NCBI GenBank assembly: GCA_964016885.1
Contig: OZ024744.1
Span: 117,490,001 to 117,554,000, forward strand
Reading direction: 5' to 3'
From: Eledone cirrhosa
Lineage: Eukaryota
Length of the DNA stretch: 64,000 nucleotides
Shown: positions 10,114 to 24,500 of the stretch, one piece after another
Layout of the letters: every line of letters starts with the position of its first letter
Position numbering within the stretch: position 1 is the first letter of the stretch
Translations under genes and position numbers: made by a program
The notes under the pieces: model-generated
Told to the model about the DNA's origin: nothing
Databases searched by the model: none
What the model saw: only the letters and a program-made list of their open reading frames with translations

Positions 10114-13100
10114 CGGGTGGAGAGAGCCACGGAGGCTCAAATCCCAAAGGCCTTGGGGTGCGTCTGGGCACGCAAAACCCACATCACCCGAGACAAAAAT
10201 TACTCCACAGTAGACATACTTTTCGCCACCCCCAAAGAAGCGAAGTCTCACTCTTTGGAAACACTAAAGAGTGAGGAGATAGTCTTGGTGCCCTCCTACT
10301 GCCGGCAGAAATTTGTGAGGGTCAAAGTGACCCAGGTCCCACCCGACGTGCCCATACCTTGGCTGGCCGCGTCTATCCTTGCTGGAATCGAGGACAGGAC
10401 GACCATGCTGCAAGTAGAGAAAATAGGGAGAGAGAACTGGTCAGGTATAGGCATGCAAATGCTTATACAAACTGACCAGGAATGTATCGACGCTATCCCC
10501 GATATCATAGACATCGAGGAAGGACTCCAACTCCTTATAAGTGTAGAAGAAAGACGGCCAAAATATTATCTCTGTGGGTCAAAGGGTCATCTCAGGGCCT
10601 TTTGCCCGCAGAAGACAGCGAAGAAGAAGGCCTCTCTCCTTCCAATACCTGGTCCGCTGCTACCAAGAGCAGGGCAGGCAACAAATGCAGAAGCCCCTTC
10701 CACGGTGAGTAGGAGGGCAACGTCTGTGGCACCCATACCAAGGCCACGGACAACTAAAGCAGCAGCATCAGTGGCGGCAACAGCTACATTTGCAGTAGCT
10801 GCACCAGCAACAAAATTGCCGGAGAGGGCTCCACTACCACCACCAACAGCGGTGGAGCACATACCCCTCCCAGACGCCACGGAATCCGACATGGAGTTTG
10901 AGGCGGGAGTGAAGTGGCAAACGCTCTGCCACAAAAAAAAAAAAAAAAAAAAAAAACCCCTTAGCTTCGCCCCACAAAAGCGAAGGCACACAAAGATGGG
11001 TAAAGGCAGCAAGGAAACTTGCAGCAACACCACCACCATCACCATCACCACCACAAGCACCACCGCCAACAACAACCACACCACCACTAGCATCACCAAA
11101 AACACCAACAACGCAAACACAACAAAATACACACACCAAACAGCAAGAAGAAGAAAACAGCAACAAAATCACCCCTCCCCCAAAAAAGTACACAGCCATA
11201 AACATGGCAAAAAAAAGAACTCAAACAATATATAAAGCAGCACACAGACATTACAGAAAAAAACTACTACACCCCACCAACACCAAGAACTCTCCCGACA
11301 AACATAAGCATCATTGAAATCTTAATAGAAGAGTACAAACCTTTAAAACAAAAATTCCCCAACGCAGTTGGAGACTTCAGACGGTCGGTTACCAAGAGGA
11401 TATACACTGACATCCTCTTGGAACCACCCATGACCAGCCAAAGGGACGGTTCTACTGTCCCTTCACCACACGATCAAGGTAAGTGACCCTTTCTCACTTG
11501 CCCCGTTTCTCATCCAACATGGCCGTACTCAGAATAGGCTGTATAAATGCACGTGGCCTGGGGTCATCTTGGAAGCAGGGTCACCTGCTCAACGACCTTA
11601 GGTCACTAAACATAGATGTGGTGGTCATCGGTGAGACCAGAATCTCCGAAGCACGAGCCATCGCACCGATCTTCGGCAGCTACGATGTATACGCATCTCC
11701 CAGCCGTCCAGGATCGGGAGAGGGGTTGCCGTCCTTTTTCGGAGAGGGTTGGATCTAGCCATACGGGCCATCTTCCTAGACCCAGAAGGTAAGTCGGTGG
11801 TGCTGGACGTGACCGGCAGCGAAGGCAATGCTTTCAGGCTAGTAGCTGTCTACGCTCCAACAGGGCAGCACGGCCAGATTTCTTCAGACGTCTAGAGACC
11901 TTTCTTGGAACGTCCCGTCTTTAGTGTTAGTGGGCGACTGGAACGGTATCTTGGATGCACGCTGGGATTGTGTGGTGCTAGTGGATAGGGGAGGAGGGTG
12001 CAAGAGCCTCACCAACCTGCTCAGACGTTTTGAACTGTCTGACAGGTATCGACTGGATCACCCGAATGTGCCAATGTGGACATAGACAAACCGCATCGGG
12101 TCATCCAGATCGTATCTCGATAGGGTATTCTGCAGAGAACTAGATAAGGCTAGTATAAGTTGTCCATTTAATATAGTCGACTACACAGACCACAAATGTG
12201 TGATCTGTGAGATCGACATAGACAGACTTCATAGACAAGGGCCCGGTTACTGGAAGCTGAACGCGTCTTTCCCGGCGCACAAAGCCTACAGAGACCGTAT
12301 TAGCGTATCAGTTAAGCGGGCGTTGACGGGAGCGGTCGTCAACAACAGGTGGTGGTTCGCCCTGAAAAGGGCAATTAAAGTAGAGTCGATTAGGTTGAGC
12401 AAAGGAGTAGTGATAGAGGAAAATAGAGTAGAGGGAGAGCTAGTAAGAAAGCTAGAAGAGGTGTTTAGGACAGGCATCGCAACCGGCGTGCTTGCGGAGA
12501 GATTGGCACTCGACCAATTCTTCAACGCAAAACACAAAGGCTGCGTTGTCAGAGCTAGAGCGCGTGCTCTGAAACACGAGGGGACAAAAGCCGTCCAATG
12601 GGCCCGAGTGGCACGACGTGGAAACAAAGCCACAATTCGGTCTTTGTCTGACCAAAACGGGTGCGGGATGCTCGAACCCGAGCGGATGTGTGAAGCTTTT
12701 CAGCAGCACTTTGCTGAACTGTTCGGGAGCAGCGGCGGCCCGGATCGGGGCATGGACTTCAGTACATACCTCGACGGACTACCTCGGATCTTGACGACCG
12801 CAGCACAGTGTTGCGAAAATCCAATAACAGCCGGTGAAATACGAGAAGCGATGGCTAACTGCACAAGGGGTAAATCGCCAGGTTTGGATGGTCTGCCCTA
12901 CGAGCTTTATGCATTTATGCCAGACTTGTTCGGTGACCTCTTGGCAGACGTCTACTGCAACTGGCAGCAGAACGGGAGCATTCCCAGTTTTGTGAGCCGG
13001 GGAGCGGTGACGCTGCTGAAAAAAGACCTGAACAAGGGGGATGTTATCGATATTTTCAGGCCCATAACTCTACTGAACGCAAAGTTCAAGATTTTGGCCA

Positions 13101-15252
13101 AGGTGTTAGCAACGAGGTTGGGGTTTGTCATCAAGGGTCTGGTGGGAGAGGCGCAGACATGTGCCATTCCGGACAGATCCATACACGACAACCTCCACCT
13201 CATGCGATACATCATAGAGAGGTTGATTAAGGAACCTGGCACGGGTGGGGTCCTGATCACTTGGTTCAATCAAAAGCATTCGATAGGGTCAACCATCGGT
13301 ACCTGGCGGCGGTCCTCGAGGCAGCCGGTTTCGGGCCCGTTTTCAGGGGTTGGCTCGCAGCAATGTACAGCGACATCTGCTCAGTTATGAGAGTGAACGG
13401 TCACCTGTCGCAGCCGTTCAGCATCATGCGCTCAGTCCGCCAGAGTTGTCACCTCTCGTCCCTCTTGTACGTATTGGCTCTCGAGCCGTTACTGCACAAA
13501 CTGGGGGCGATGAGGGGCGTCCCACGCGAACTACGATGCGGGAAATCCGAGTCGGCTTACGCTGACGACGTCACCGTGGTGGTGTCGAGCACCAGACACG
13601 TCCAGATGCTCGGCACCGCTCTCAAGGAATACGAAGCGGTGACAGGAGCAAAGATAAACCACGAAAAGTCGATGGGCTTGCAGCTCGGCACCTGGAGAGG
13701 CAAGTCCATGCCGTCCGACAGCGTCGTGGGGCGTTGGACGGACGGACCGGTTAAATTGCTCGGGATCTGGTTCGGACCGGACCTCCAGATGGAGAAAAAC
13801 TGGAACGAGGTGACGAGCAAGGTGGCCTCCGTCTCCCAGAAATGGGCTGAGAGGAAGCTGTCCCTGAAAGGCCGGGCGGAGGTGGCGAATGCGTACATCA
13901 CATCCGTCATCTGCTACCGCCTCACCGTCGTCCCTTGCTCCGGCCCAACTCTCACCAAAATGGAGCGCCTCCTCTTCCGCTTTTTGTGGAAGGGACGCGC
14001 TCCCATGGTCAGACGATCCATCTGCTGTCAACACCCGTTGCGTGGAGGCTGATGATGCGCAAACATGCGCTGAGGCTGCAACATCTCTGGTGCTTCGTTG
14101 ACGGTGAACAGGTGTGGTCGCCGTTCGCCAGGCACGTTTTCCCACAGCTCGTCTCCTTGACGGAGCTGCAGTCCTGGGTCAGAAAAATACCGGGGGATAG
14201 CGCTTGGAAACTGGAATGTCTCCAGGCGCTCACTGCCCTCTCCCAGCTGGGCACCAGTATCGGTGGAACATCCACCTCGGCGTTCTATAGAGGACTAGTG
14301 GAGGGGAAGAGCGACGACATTCTCGGAGAGATCCTGGGCGTCGAAGAAGATCAGCTGCTTGCTCTCTTCCGGAGAACTTTCAGCCCAGGGCCTATGGATA
14401 ACTTCCAAAAATCCTTGGCCTGGCAGTGCTACCGGGGAGCGCTGCCGGTTCGAGATAAGCTCTACAGGCGCGGAAGTGCCGTCAGCCGAGCCTGTCCGAG
14501 ATGTGCGCAGAGCGACGAAACCGTCGTGCATGCACTCGTTCAGTGCCTGAGCATTGCTGACTTGTGGAGCTATGTCGAACAGTTTCTGTCGCGTGTAGGA
14601 CTGATCCGGTTGTCGACTGAGTCCATTGTGCAGATGGTCTCGCCGTCTTCCTTCAAGGAGGAAGGGCAGGCGGTTTTCATCTGCCTGGTGGCCATGGCGA
14701 AAGAGATTGTGTGGTGGGCAAGGTTGAAAGGGTTAAAGATAGACACTTTCCTCTTCGGCGAATCCCTAATTAACTTTTCCAAGTTTCACTTGAAGAGGAA
14801 AATCAGGGTGGAGAGGCAAGTGCTGCTTTCTAGCAAGTTTGTTGAAAGGTGGGTGAATGTAGCGAGTATGGTCCGAGTGAACCGGACCACTCTGAATATA
14901 CGTCTGTAGTTTGAGAAATGGAAAAATTGAGAGAGGGCGCTTGCCCTGGTGGTCAGGGTGGCCGTGGTCTTTTGTGTGGTTTTCGCCACGGAAAATTGAA
15001 ACAATTAAAATATTACCCTCGGAGGTTTCCCTCCTATTGGGTAATATTTTAATTGTTTCAATTTTCATTTTTATTGTTTATATATATATACGTTTCTATG
15101 TCCTTTTTTTCTTTTCTTATATAAATAATAAAAAATATTTACGCGCACAAAACCCACATCGTACCGTCCTGTACCATCCTGTGCCGTCTGTAATGTTTTT
15201 CTTGATGTCAGCCCTTGTGGCCAATAAAGAAATCATTATTATTATTATTATT
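10114..15252 (+). mobile_element. Tx1 LINE subfamily B, 5'-truncated in ORF1, multiple frameshifts
   Basis: ORF1 homolog 10117 to ~11486 (knuckle mutated to YYLC). ORF2 ATG at 11519, with pieces 12200-13390, 13261-14052 and 13935-14909. (ATT)n tail 15235-15252. Confidence 0.94.
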
Positions 15253-15451
15253 AGTGGATTGGCAGTATCAGTAGAGGGTCGGACGCCATGCTTTCCAGAA
15301 TAGTTACGTCCCTTTACGATCTGAGTTCAAATCCCGCCGAGGTTGACTTTGCCTTTCATCCTTACGGGGTCGATAAAATAAAGTACCAGTAATGCACTGG
15401 GTAATTGCTGGCCTTGTGCCTAAAGTAGAAACAATTATTATTATTATTATT
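15253..15451 (+). mobile_element. tRNA-derived SINE with (ATT)n tail
   Basis: Box A-like TGGCAGTATCAG, box B GAGTTCAAATCC and body GACTTTGCCTTTCATCC...GTCGATAAAATAAAGTACCAGT. Further copies at 47787, 49301 and 57975. Confidence 0.9.
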
Positions 15452-15537
15452 TGTACCGTCCTGTATTGTACTGTACTGTCCTTAATGTCTACTTTATGTA
15501 AACCCTTGTGGTTAATAAAGAAAACATTATTATTATT
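15449..15537 (+). mobile_element. Tx1 subfamily A 3'-terminal ~85-bp fragment
   Basis: Matches 3814-3902 almost base for base, is joined to the SINE tail through a shared ATT, and ends in (ATT)4. Confidence 0.88.
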
Positions 15538-18500
15538 CACGACCACAACAACAACAACTCAGAGCAATAACGACAATAACACCAATAACAACAGCAAGAA
15601 TGACAACACCAACAATAAGAGCATCAGAAACACCACATTTGCTGCAGCAGCAGCAAAAACAAAGCGCTTATTGAATATTGATATTGATATTAGCGATAAA
15701 GACGAACAGTTGGCCCAGGCATGGAGGCTAATTAAACGGGAGAAGTACTGGGCAAACCTGACCATCCCGGACGAGGCAATAGCAGCCATGCAAAGAAGGA
15801 CGGTGTTCTTTCGATGCATTTCGATGCAGACACGAAAAGTGGAACTTGCCAACCAAGCAGGGGTCGAGGCTGCTTTGGAGTACATCGGAAGTAACATAGA
15901 GTACAAAGCAAGAGGCAAACAGTTCGGTACTATCTCGGTACTGTTCAAAACCGAGGCCCTCGCTATTAAGCACCCGGTGACCCCCTGCAGAACGCATTAT
16001 CATGCATCCGTCTTACATGGGTAAAAGGACAGTAAAGTCCGCATTCCCAGCATCCCACTAGGAATGAACATATCGTGGCTGCTGGGATGCGTAATCGAGG
16101 AGGGGACAGACACTACCCTCCTGGATATCAAAAGGACAGAGAGAGAAGACTGGTCCGGAATGGATTTGGAGATTCTTCTCCAAATGAAGCCGGAGGACAT
16201 GAACAACATCCCGGATTTTGCCCGTCTGCAGGACGGGACAACAAACCAACTAATCATTGACGGAAGAAGGCCACGCTGCTTCGCCTGCGGGGAAGCAACG
16301 CATCTGCAAGCCTTCTGCCCTCAGCGCAAAAATGCAGGGGGTCGCAAACCTTCTTTGTTCCCAACGCCAGTGTCAGCACGGAAAGCTGCACCACCACCAC
16401 CAGCAAAAACAACACCAACAAAGACACGGACACCAATATTAAAAACAGCCAACACCAAAACCAATCCAAGGGGAAAAAGATGAAAGCTCCCCCCCTCCCC
16501 ATTATACACATAGACAAAACAATAAACGCACACACAGACACAGAGACACTCACAGCCATAGACCCTTTGTCTTCCAGCAGCGAAGATGAAAGAAAACCCA
16601 AAAGTGCAATAAAACAGAGAAAACTCACAAAAAAAAAAAAAGCCCCAACAAAACTCAAAAACATACACAACAAAAAATACAGACACACTAACGCAAACAC
16701 TTCCCCAATAACATCAGCACCAACATCAACATCGACACCACCTCCACAATCCCCGAAACGCAAACAACCTAAACAAACACAAGTACAAATAAACACACAA
16801 ATACCTGAAATTGCAGACACCACACCTACAAAAAACACAGACATACCTGAAACAACACAGACATACACAGGCATACCTGAAACAACACAGACATACACAG
16901 ACATACCCGAAACAACACAGACATACACAGACATACCCGAAACAACACAGACATACCCGAAACAACACAGACATACCCGAAACAACACAGACATACACAG
17001 ACATACCCGAAACAACACAGACATACACAGACATACCTGAAACAACACAGACATACACAGACATACCCGAAACAACACAGACATACACAGACATACCCGA
17101 AACAACACAGACATACACAGACATACCCGAAACAACACAGACATACACAGACATACCCGAAACAACACAGACATACACAGACATACCCGAAACAACACAG
17201 ACATACACAGACATACCCGAAACAACACAGACATACACAGCCATACCCGAAACAACACACAACACAGACATACACAGACATACCCGAAACAACACAGACA
17301 TACACAGCCATACCGGAAACAACACACAACACAGACATACACAGACATACCCGAAACAACACAGACATACACAGACATACCCGAAACAACACAGACATAC
17401 CCGAAACAACACAGACATACACAGACATACCTGAAACAACACAGACATACACAGACATACCCGAAACAACACAGACATACACAGACATACCCGAAACAAC
17501 ACAGACATATACAGACATACCCGAAACAACACAGACATACACAGATATACCCGAAACAACACAGACATACACAGACATACCCGAAACAACACAGACATAC
17601 ACAGAATTACCCGAAACAACACAGACATACACAGACATACCCGAAACAACACATACATACACAGACATACCCGAAACAACACAGACATACACAGACATAC
17701 CTGAAACAACACAGACATACACAGACATACCTGAAACAACACAGACATACACAGACATACCCGAAACAACACATACATACACAGACATACCCGAAACAAC
17801 ACAGACATACACAGACATACCTGAAACAACACAGACATACACAGACATACCTGAAACAACACAGACATACACAGACATACCCCAAACAACACAGACATAC
17901 ACAGGCATACCCGAAACAACACAGACATACACAGACATACCTGAAACAACACAGACATACACAGACATACCCGAAACAACACAGACATACACAGACATAC
18001 CCGAAACAACACAGACATACACAGACATACCCGAAACAACACAGACATACACAGACATACCCGAAACAACACAGACATACACAGACATACCCGAAACAAC
18101 ACAGACATACACAGACATACCCGAAACAACACAGACATACACAGACATACCCGAAACAACACAGACATACACAGACATACCCGAAACAACACAGACATAC
18201 ACAGACATACCCGAAACAACACAGACATACACAGACATACCCGAAACAACACAGACATACACAGCCATACCCGAAACAACACACAACACAGACATACACA
18301 GACATACCCGAAACAACACAGACATACACAGACATACCCGAAACAACACAGACATACACAGACATACCCGAAACAACACAGACATACACAGACATACCCG
18401 AAACAACACAGACATACACAGACATACCCGAAACAACACAGACATACACAGCCATACCCGAAACAACACACAACACAGACATACACAGACATACCCGAAA

Positions 18501-21500
18501 CAACACAGACATACACAGACATACCCGAAACAACACAGACATACACAGACATACCCGAAACAACACAGACATACACAGAATTACCCGAAACAACACAGAC
18601 ATACACAGACATACCCGAAACAACACAGACATACACAGACATACCTGAAACAACACAGACATACACAGACATACCCGAAACAACACAGACATACACAGAC
18701 ATACCCGAAACAACACAGACATACACAGGCATACCCAAAACAACACAGACATACACAGATATACCCGAAACAACACAGACATACACAGACATACCCGAAA
18801 CAACACAGACATACACAGACATACCCGAAACAACACAGACATACACAGACATACCCGAAACAACACAGACATACACAGACATACCCGAAACAACACAGAC
18901 ATACACAGACATATCTGAAACAACACAGACATACACAGACATACCTGAAACAACACAGACATACACAGACATACCCGAAACAACACAGACATACACAGGC
19001 ATACCCGAAACAACACAGACATACACAGACATACCCGAAACAACACAGACATACACAGACATACCTGAAACAACACAGACATACACAGACATACCCGAAA
19101 CAACACAGACATACACAGACATACCCGAAACAACACAGACATACACAGACATACCCGAAACAACACAGACATACACAGCCATACCCGAAACAACACACAA
19201 CACAGACATACACAGACATACCCGAAACAACACAGACATACACAGACATACCCGAAACAACACAGACATACACAGACATACCCGAAACAACACAGACATA
19301 CACAGGCATACCCGAAACAACACAGACATACACAGACATACCCGAAACAACACAGACATACACAGACATACCTGAAACAACACAGACATACACAGACATA
19401 CCCGAAACAACACAGACATACACAGACATACCCGAAACAACACAGACATACACAGACATACCCGAAACAACACAGACATACACAGCCATACCCGAAACAA
19501 CACACAACACAGACATACACAGACATACCCGAAACAACACAGACATACACAGACATACCCGAAACAACACAGACATACACAGACATACCTGAAACAACAC
19601 AGACATACACAGACATACCCGAAACAACACAGACATACACAGACATACCCGAAACAACACAGACATACACAGACATACCCGAAACAACACAGACATACAC
19701 AGACATACCCGAAACAACACAGACATACACAGAATTACCCGAAACAACACAGACATACACAGACATACCCGAAACAACACAGACATACACAGACATACCT
19801 GAAACAACACAGACATACACAGACATACCCGAAACAACACAGACATACACAGACATACCCGAAACAACACAGACATACACAGGCATACCCAAAACAACAC
19901 AGACATACACAGACATACCCGAAACAACACAGACATACACAGACATACCCGAAACAACACAGACATACACAGACATACCCGAAACAACACAGACATACAC
20001 AGACATACCCGAAACAACACAGACATACACAGAATTACCCGAAACAACACAGACATACACAGACATACCCGAAACAACACATACATACACAGACATACCC
20101 GAAACAACACAGACATACACAGACATACCTGAAACAACACAGACATACACAGACATACCTGAAACAACACAGACATACACAGACATACCCGAAACAACAC
20201 AGACATACACAGGCATACCCGAAACAACACAGACATACACAGACATACCTGAAACAACACAGACATACACAGACATACCCGAAACAACACAGACATACAC
20301 AGACATACCCGAAACAACACAGACATACACAGACATACCCGAAACAACACAGACATACACAGACATACCCGAAACAACACAGACATACACAGACATACCC
20401 GAAACAACACAGACATACACAGACATACCCGAAACAACACAGACATACACAGACATACCCGAAACAACACAGACATACACAGCCATACCCGAAACAACAC
20501 AGAACACAGACATACACAGACATACCCGAAACAACACAGACATACACAGACATACCCGAAACAACACAGACATACACAGACATACCTGAAACAACACAGA
20601 CATACACAGACATACCCGAAACAACACAGACATACACAGACATACCCGAAACAACACAGACATACACAGACATACCCGAAACAACACAGACATACACAGA
20701 CATACCCGAAACAACAGAGACATACACAGACATACCCGAAACAACACAGACATACACAGACATACACAGACATACCCGAAACAACACAGACATACACAGG
20801 CATACCCAAAACAACACAGACATACACAGATATACCCGAAACAACACAGACATACACAGACATACCCGAAACAACACAGACATACACAGACATACCCGAA
20901 ACAACACAGACATACACAGACATACCCGAAACAACACAGACATACACAGACATACCCGAAACAACAGAGACATACACAGACATACCCGAAACAACACAGA
21001 CATACACAGAATTACCCGAAACAACACAGACATACACAGACATACCCGAAACAACACAGACATACACAGACATACCTGAAACAACACAGACATACACAGA
21101 CATACCCGAAACAACACAGACATACACAGACATACCCGAAACAACACAGACATACACAGGCATACCCAAAACAACACAGACATACACAGATATACCCGAA
21201 ACAACACAGACATACACAGACATACCCGAAACAACACAGACATACACAGACATACCCGAAACAACACAGACATACACAGACATACCCGAAACAACACAGA
21301 CATACACAGACATACCCGAAACAACACAGACATACACAGACATATCTGAAACAACACAGACATACACAGACATACCTGAAACAACACAGACATACACAGA
21401 CATACCCGAAACAACACAGACATACACAGGCATACCCGAAACAACACAGACATACACAGACATACCCGAAACAACACAGACATACACAGACATACCTGAA

Positions 21501-24500
21501 ACAACACAGACATACACAGACATACCCGAAACAACACAGACATACCCGAAACAACACAGACATACACAGACATACCTGAAACAACACAGACATACACAGA
21601 CATACCCGAAACAACACAGACATACACAGACATACCCGAAACAACACAGACATACACAGACATACCCGAAACAACACAGACATACACAGACATACCCGAA
21701 ACAACACAGACATACACAGACATACCCAAAACAACACAGACATACACAGGCATACCCGAAACAACACAGACATACACAGACATACCCGAAACAACACAGA
21801 CATACACAGACATACCAGAAACAACACAGACATACACAGACATACCCGAAACAACACAGACATACACAGGCATACCCGAAACAACACAGACATACACAGA
21901 CATACCCGAAACAACACAGACATACACAGACATACCCGAAACAACACAGAAATACACAGACATACCCGAAACAACACAGACATACACAGGCATACCCGAA
22001 ACAACACAGACATACACAGACATACCCGAAACAACACAGACATACACAGCCATACCGGAAACAACACACAACACAGACATACACAGACATACCCGAAACA
22101 ACACAGACATACACAGACATACCCGAAACAACACAGACATACACAGACATACCTGAAACAACACAGACATACACAGACATACCCGAAACAACACAGACAT
22201 ACACAGACATACCCGAAACAACACAGACATACACAGACATACCCGAAACAACACAGACATACACAGACATACCCGAAACAACACAGACATACACAGACAT
22301 ACCCGAAACAACACAGACATACACAGACATACCCGAAACAACACAGACATACACAGACATACCTGAAACAACACAGACATACACAGACATACCTGAAACA
22401 ACACAGACATACACAGACATACCCGAAACAACACAGACATACACAGGCATACCCGAAACAACACAGACATACACAGACATACCCGAAACAACACAGACAT
22501 ACACAGGCATACCCGAAACAACACAGACATACACAGACATACCCGAAACAACACAGACATACCAGAAACAACACAGACATACACAGACATACCCGAAACA
22601 ACACAGACATACACAGGCATACCCGAAACAACACAGACATACACAGACATACCCGAAACAACACAGACATACACAGACATACCCGAAACAACACAGAAAT
22701 ACACAGACATACCCGAAACAACACAGACATACACAGGCATACCCGAAACAACACAGACATTCACAGACATACCCGAAACAACACAGACATACACAGCCAT
22801 ACCCGAAACAACACACAACACAGACATACACAGACATACCCGAAACAACACAGACATACACAGACATACCCGAAACAACACAGACATACACAGACATACC
22901 CGAAACAACACAGACATACACAGACATACCCGAAACAACACAGACATACACAGAATTACCCGAAACAACACAGACATACACAGACATACCCGAAACAACA
23001 CAGACATACACAGACATACCTGAAACAATACAGACATACACAGACATACCCGAAACAACACAGACATACACAGACATACCCGAAACAACACAGACATACA
23101 CAGGCATACCCAAAACAACACAGACATACACAGACATACCCGAAACAACACAGACATACACAGACATACCCGAAACAACACAGACATACACAGACATACC
23201 CGAAACAACACAGACATACACAGACATACCCGAAACAACACAGACATACACAGACATACCCGAAACAAAACAGACATACACAGACATACCTGAAACAACA
23301 CAGACATACACAGACATACCTGAAACAACACAGACATACACAGACATACCCGAAACAACACAGACATACTCAGGCATACCCGAAACAACACAGACATACA
23401 CAGACATACCCGAAACAACACAGACATACACAGACATACCTGAAACAACACAGACATACACAGACATACCTGAAACAACACAGACATACCCGAAACAACA
23501 CAGACATACACAGACATACCTGAAACAACACAGACATACACAGACATACCCGAAACAACACAGACATACACAGACATACCCGAAACAACACAGACATACA
23601 CAGACATACCCGAAACAACACAGACATACACAGACATACCCAAAACAACACAGACATACACAGACATACCAGAAACAACACAGACATACACAGACATACC
23701 CGAAACAACACAGACATACACAGGCATACCCGAAACAACACAGACATACACAGACATACCCGAAACAACACAGACATACACAGACATACCCGAAACAACA
23801 CAGAAATACACAGACATACCCGAAACAACACAGACATACACAGGCATACCCGAAACAACACAGACATACACAGGCATACTCGAAACAACACAGACATACA
23901 CAGACATACCCGAAACAACACCACCAAAACCATCACCACCACAGTCACCAAAACGAAAACAAATAAAACCACACCAACAAAATGTTAAAAACTTCGTGCT
24001 TGTCAGAAGGGCCAACGATAAACTGATGGCCCTCTTAGCACGAAGCGAGGACATTCAAACAGAGGGGGAGATTTTTGAAATGAGCACATTTTGCGTGCCA
24101 GAAGATTTGCTTCTGGTCCGAATGTCACCCAATTCCTTCAAAGAAATTCGAGAGAGCTTTCCTCAAGACGTGGGAACCCCGAATGTGAAACCCACATCGA
24201 GACTTTTAAAGGGGTTCCCAAAAGAAACCCCACCAACCAAGGAGGTCGAACCACCCGACCTTCACAAGACCCCGGGAGGTAAGTAAACTTTCCCTCTCTC
24301 TCTTAGCTTACCAACATGGCCATATTAAGAGTAGGAAGTTTAAATGTTCGCGGCCTGGGGGTCACCCTGGAAGCAGGGTCGCCTGCTCAACGACCTCAGG
24401 TCGCTGGAAATGGATGTGATTGCCGTCAGCGAGACCTGAATTTCCGACACGCGCGTAGTAGCCCCCATTTTCGACGACTATCAGATCTTCGGATCTGTTA

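Noticed and set aside
16837-23920. CRISPR-like or telomeric array
   Set aside because: Units are contiguous with no unique spacers, there are no cas genes and no TTAGGG-type repeat, and the context is eukaryotic.
16254-24054. Very long Cys/Val-rich minus-strand ORFs (up to 1628 aa)
   Set aside because: Artefacts of the stop-free reverse complement of the 30-bp minisatellite. They are open in all three frames.
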